The notes under the pieces were generated by a model. The model ran no database searches, had not been told where the DNA came from, and worked only from the letters and a program-made list of their open reading frames with translations. Below are positions 27,935 through 32,000 of a stretch of DNA of 32,000 nt, piece after piece. Within the stretch, counting starts at the first letter, position 1. Every line of letters begins with the position of its first letter. Both the position numbers and the translations under genes were made by a program. The DNA is from an uncultured archaeon (GTDB lineage Archaea > Asgardarchaeota > Thorarchaeia > Thorarchaeales > Thorarchaeaceae), in NCBI GenBank assembly GCA_964648855.1, contig CAZYLT010000020.1, positions 1 to 32,000 of the forward strand, written 5' to 3'.

Positions 27935-30235
27935 GTGGAGTCGCTACTTAAAGCAGCACTAAGAGAGATACTATGTGCTTCGCTCTCCCTTGATGATGGC
28001 CTCACTACTATTCAGAATCTTGCAGTTGGAAATAAAAGGAACTCGGATTTGTTTTTTGAAGTAGCGAGAGCAATAGAAGAGATACTTCTGCGTCGTCCTG
28101 CTCCTGCCAGTGCCAAACTCACAGAATTGGAGGTACGCCTGTCAACTCGCAAGGACTCAACACTCCGTGATATGATTATGCTTCTTGATACGAGATACAC
28201 CACTGTGCATTGCAGAGCAGAAGCCGAAATTGCTCCTGATATGGATGCAATCCCCCGTCTTCTTGAGATATTGGCTGATCTAGAGCAGGGCATATCAACA
28301 GCAATTAGCCTTAATCTCAGACCTCTGCTTCCTTTCCTTGCTGATGAACTCATAATGACACTTGAGGCTCTTCATACCCGTTCGCATGAGGCATCAATTA
28401 GATTGGCATCATATGAGGCGCATCACACTGCATGGTTATTGTCAGAATCCGGTATTTTCGATTGTGCAGATGCGATTCTGAATCAACTGATGAAAATATC
28501 TGAGCACATGGGATTCGACAATCTCAGTTTTGAATCCACACTCGACGAGGCAGCTGTGCTCACAGAGCTCGGAATGTATGATGAATCAAGGAAATTGCTA
28601 CTCGATTTGCTCAGTCGGGCGGAAGAGGGAAATGATCCTATTCGGTTGGCAATGGTGAAGCTCCAGAAGGCAATAAATGAAACCCGTGATGACTCGATAT
28701 CTCATGACCAAGCTAGAAATACAGCCAATATAGCGGCAAGAATGTTCCAAGATATTCTTGATTACGGGGGTTTCTCAAAGGACGGCCTGGGATTGGTACA
28801 TCTCGTAATCGGCTCTAACATTCTGGCCAGTGGTTGGAGAGAGGCTGTGCCTGAGGCTTTAGATGGACTTGAGAATGCCCTCAATGTCTTTGGGTCTCTT
28901 GAAGAGATGAATGAAACCCAAAGAATACTCCACTTCAGAACCCTTGCTGGACTTGGCTTTTCGTATGGTATGATGGGGAATGACGACAACATAGTCAAGG
29001 GTCTTGAATATCTGGAGAGAGCCAAGATGGTTCTTCAAAAAACCGGGGACCATGATGAGATATTCGATATTGAAATTGCCAGATGTAATCATGCAATCGG
29101 ATGGTTATGTCTCTCTTGTGAAAGCGAAGAACATCTTGACCGGGGAAGAGAAGCATTTGAAAGAGCAATCGAAGCTCGAGAGCAATTCTTGGAACAGGGC
29201 AGAGTATCAGAATTAGTAGTTCTTGGTACAAAACTCGGGAAAACATTGCTTGAATTAAGAAATGATGACGAAAAAGACGCGCAAGGAATTGACCAAATCC
29301 AAGATGTCTTGGTCCGCTATGTCCCTCTCTTTCCAATTGACCCCCGCTCCTTCACCGAAATAGCAATTGCAACATATGACGTAGTATGGATATTATTCAG
29401 ACACGGCTTGACTCCTTCTCAGAGACTATTGCGTTTCTTCGACGATGTAGATAGGATGCTCCGCGATACAAGAGTTGGGGAGGACTCATTATTCATTCAG
29501 GGCGTATCCCTCATCGTTCCTCTGCTTAATGGCTCTTGGTCGCAACTATCTCGGCGAGCAAATGACATATCGAATGAAAAATCAGAGCTATCGGAAGTTG
29601 CGAAAGTGTTGGGCTGTCTTGCACATTCAAGAATCAACTTGGAAGCTACCAATCTAGAGGCTGGTCTAAGTATCCAACCAGAAATAAGTCAAAATGCAAT
29701 CGAATGTGATAGTCTTCTCGGCAACTATTGGATAGGTCAAAGGTCATTAGCAGCTACAGTCAAGTCGTATTATGAGAACAGAGATTATGAAGAATTAGCC
29801 TCTGGCCTATATGGAGCGTCCCAACAGCTAAAGGCAGTAGGTTCTGTTCGAACCAGTTTCGCTGAGTCAAGTGAATTCATCACTGCTACGGCAGTTTCGC
29901 TAGCAGAAGTTTTACTGAATACTGCAAAGGCTCTGTCTTCAACCTACTCGATTGAACTCGACGATGAACAAACAATCGCTACGGAATCCATTAGAGAAGT
30001 AAGAAATGTAGATTTTATTTTGCCTGATGATTGGTTGGGCCTACTTAAGATAACTAATTCTTATGTTAGAATGATAAAAGCCTCCGATGGAACTCACGCC
30101 TTGTCATACTTGAATGCTGTCTTCTCGAATATCTCCAGAGCCCTAAGAATGATGGATAATATTGCACTCATTGACCGTCGAGTCCTATCCCGTTTAGGGG
30201 AGGCAATGAATCGAAGATATTATCTCCGAAAATAG
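27935..30235 (+). CDS. Large alpha-helical (TPR-like) protein of unknown function
   Basis: 766-aa ORF, GTG start after a GAGGAG SD; TPR-like segments (ELGMYDESRKLL, GLEYLERAK, AFERAIEAR). Confidence 0.7.
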   Translation: MESLLKAALREILCASLSLDDGLTTIQNLAVGNKRNSDLFFEVARAIEEILLRRPAPASAKLTELEVRLSTRKDSTLRDMIMLLDTRYTTVHCRAEAEIAPDMDAIPRLLEILADLEQGISTAISLNLRPLLPFLADELIMTLEALHTRSHEASIRLASYEAHHTAWLLSESGIFDCADAILNQLMKISEHMGFDNLSFESTLDEAAVLTELGMYDESRKLLLDLLSRAEEGNDPIRLAMVKLQKAINETRDDSISHDQARNTANIAARMFQDILDYGGFSKDGLGLVHLVIGSNILASGWREAVPEALDGLENALNVFGSLEEMNETQRILHFRTLAGLGFSYGMMGNDDNIVKGLEYLERAKMVLQKTGDHDEIFDIEIARCNHAIGWLCLSCESEEHLDRGREAFERAIEAREQFLEQGRVSELVVLGTKLGKTLLELRNDDEKDAQGIDQIQDVLVRYVPLFPIDPRSFTEIAIATYDVVWILFRHGLTPSQRLLRFFDDVDRMLRDTRVGEDSLFIQGVSLIVPLLNGSWSQLSRRANDISNEKSELSEVAKVLGCLAHSRINLEATNLEAGLSIQPEISQNAIECDSLLGNYWIGQRSLAATVKSYYENRDYEELASGLYGASQQLKAVGSVRTSFAESSEFITATAVSLAEVLLNTAKALSSTYSIELDDEQTIATESIREVRNVDFILPDDWLGLLKITNSYVRMIKASDGTHALSYLNAVFSNISRALRMMDNIALIDRRVLSRLGEAMNRRYYLRK

Positions 30236-30239
30236 CGAA

Positions 30240-32000
30240 CTAGAATTCTTCATAGGGTTTGCTGCCAACAGGTCTATATTGTGTCGGCTTTGCGCCCCAA
30301 GTAACCCAGCCCGAAGTTTCGGTTCTCATTTCATTTGCCAGACCAAATGATTCACGCACTGGGATTTCGGCTTCTATCCTGTATAGTGCCTTTTCCGAAT
30401 CGATTTTCAAGACCTGTCCCTTTCGCCTGGCGAGAATTGATGTCAATATGCCAACGTAGTCCTCTGGGGCAGTTATCTCCAATCTAGTCCACGGCTCCAT
30501 TACAACGGGATCATCCGACATTATACTGTTTCTCAGAGCCTCAACAAGTGGTTGTGTCACATCCCGCCATGATGTTTCTGGGCTCTCAACTTTCAGTTTT
30601 GCCTTCTGAATTGAAGCTAGAAGCATTCTCATTCGCTCCCCTTGGACAGGCCCGTTTCGCGTGACAATTCTGAAGCCTTCTTTCACCCATTCGGCAATGT
30701 CACTATACGGGTCAATAGTACCGGTTGTATCAACCAAGTAACATTGAGCCTGTTCATCCTTCTCTATCACAGTTCCTTTGACATCTTCTAGTGCATCATT
30801 TTCAATGAGATTCGCTTTCACCCAGAACCTGCTTGTGTCCTCTGAACCTCCCTGAGCGGTTTTCGCCCTCGCTGTGAGCTGCTCCTTCAGCACAACCATT
30901 GGAGTACCTAATCGTAAGTGTACTCCCAATCTGGTTAGTTTTTCCACAGCAATCTCAACATGGAGCTCTCCAGCGCCTGAGAGCAGCATCTCCCCTGTTT
31001 CTGGATTCAATTCAAATTCTAACGTTGGGTCTGTACTCACAAACTCCTGAATGGGCTCCTGTATCTCGGAGAGTTCAGCCAATCGTCTAGGTTCAATTGT
31101 GTATGTGACGACTGGCTCAGTAGGATATTGAAGCGCAATCATCGGCTCCAACTCTGCAATATTCGGGCTGACAAGCGTATCACTGATTGAAACGTCTTTT
31201 ATCCCTGTGATGAATGCCAGATTACCGGCGGGTACCTCGTCAAGGGCAACTCGAGTCTTGGACATGTACACTCCAACTTGGAGACTCTTGTCCTTCTTTC
31301 TAGTCCTACGAGTCAGCAATGGCTCCCCTCGCCTGAGGACCCCAGAGAACACTCTAACAGTTGCCACGGTACCAGCGTGTCTGTCAGGTTGCACATCACT
31401 CACCAGCAGGATACACGGACCATTTGGGTCACAATTCATTAGGCTCTTGCCGCTGTCAGATTGAAGGTCGCCATCCCAAAATGCTGGAATTCTGTACTGT
31501 TGAGCATCAATCGGGTTGGGCACTGTCTTAACAACTGAGTCTAGTACAACTTCTGCAATGGGAAACTTCTCTTCAAGTTCTTCTTCCGTTTCATTCCTGT
31601 AGGAGTCTACTACTTCTTCCATCAATTCCATGAATACGTCGGCTAGAGATTCAGCATCTGATTCATCAGCTCGTGCCTTCAAGGTTTCAAGTCCAATTGC
31701 CCACTTGTCAAGCGCCGAACCGATTGAGAGCGAGTTCTTGGGAAAAGAAACCTCCCACTTTTCAAGAATTTCGTCTTCAAGATATTTTCCTAGCATCGCG
31801 TTAAATTCACGGGCTACTTTGTTCACCTCTTCGGCAACTTTCCGAGCCTGTAATCGTCGTTCGGTGACCAATCGGTCAACCTTGTTAATGAACAGAACAG
31901 GTCTAACTCTCTCCGCCATTGCCTGCCTTGTCACAGTCTCTGTCTGAACCATCAGCCCCTCGATGACATCAATGACAACAATTGCCCCATCAGTAAGTCG
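30240..32000 (-). CDS. Elongation factor 2 paralogue (aEF-2p-like); N-terminus lies beyond the window end
   Basis: Frame is open to 32000 (RLTDGAIVVIDVIEGLMVQTETV); INKVDR, RVFSG, GAGELHVEI, EIPVRESFG. The diphthamide H-R-G loop is replaced by ESPETSWRD. Confidence 0.88.
   Translation of the reverse strand, partial: RLTDGAIVVIDVIEGLMVQTETVTRQAMAERVRPVLFINKVDRLVTERRLQARKVAEEVNKVAREFNAMLGKYLEDEILEKWEVSFPKNSLSIGSALDKWAIGLETLKARADESDAESLADVFMELMEEVVDSYRNETEEELEEKFPIAEVVLDSVVKTVPNPIDAQQYRIPAFWDGDLQSDSGKSLMNCDPNGPCILLVSDVQPDRHAGTVATVRVFSGVLRRGEPLLTRRTRKKDKSLQVGVYMSKTRVALDEVPAGNLAFITGIKDVSISDTLVSPNIAELEPMIALQYPTEPVVTYTIEPRRLAELSEIQEPIQEFVSTDPTLEFELNPETGEMLLSGAGELHVEIAVEKLTRLGVHLRLGTPMVVLKEQLTARAKTAQGGSEDTSRFWVKANLIENDALEDVKGTVIEKDEQAQCYLVDTTGTIDPYSDIAEWVKEGFRIVTRNGPVQGERMRMLLASIQKAKLKVESPETSWRDVTQPLVEALRNSIMSDDPVVMEPWTRLEITAPEDYVGILTSILARRKGQVLKIDSEKALYRIEAEIPVRESFGLANEMRTETSGWVTWGAKPTQYRPVGSKPYEEF

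Noticed and set aside
1-32000. CRISPR arrays, tRNA/rRNA genes, transposases, integrases, and the remaining short ORFs in the track
   Set aside because: None recognised by eye; the short ORFs are antisense or alternate-frame shadows of well-supported genes.

Overview
This is a gene-dense archaeal chromosomal window, most likely from an Asgard archaeon (Thorarchaeia-like). That call is inferred from eS26, two Rab-like small GTPases, a roadblock/LC7 protein, a WD40 protein, PolB2 and an EF-2 paralogue lacking the diphthamide motif. Contents in order: a partial secreted-protein gene; a ~430-nt GC-rich, highly base-paired non-coding segment with its own TATA-like box (candidate large ncRNA); an Fe3+/thiamine-class ABC transporter; tgtA; hflX; a co-oriented C1 cluster (metV, metF, mtrH, mtrA, mtrH, methanogenesis marker 14, cofE, larC); polB2 with its small partner gene; rps26e; an Fe-S flavoprotein; Rab-like GTPase / WD40 / Rab-like GTPase; a frameshifted membrane gene; a roadblock, thioredoxin (KaiB-like), KaiC-like, KaiC-like, helical-repeat cluster; and a partial EF-2 paralogue. 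Three candidates for undescribed systems stand out: (1) a split KaiC (CI+CII) with a redox-active KaiB-like thioredoxin and a roadblock protein; (2) a soluble MtrH-MtrA-MtrH methyl shuttle whose MtrA carries a fused MtrB-like peptide; (3) the orphan structured RNA. No CRISPR array, tRNA, rRNA or mobile element was recognised. All family calls come from motifs read by eye; no database searches were run.
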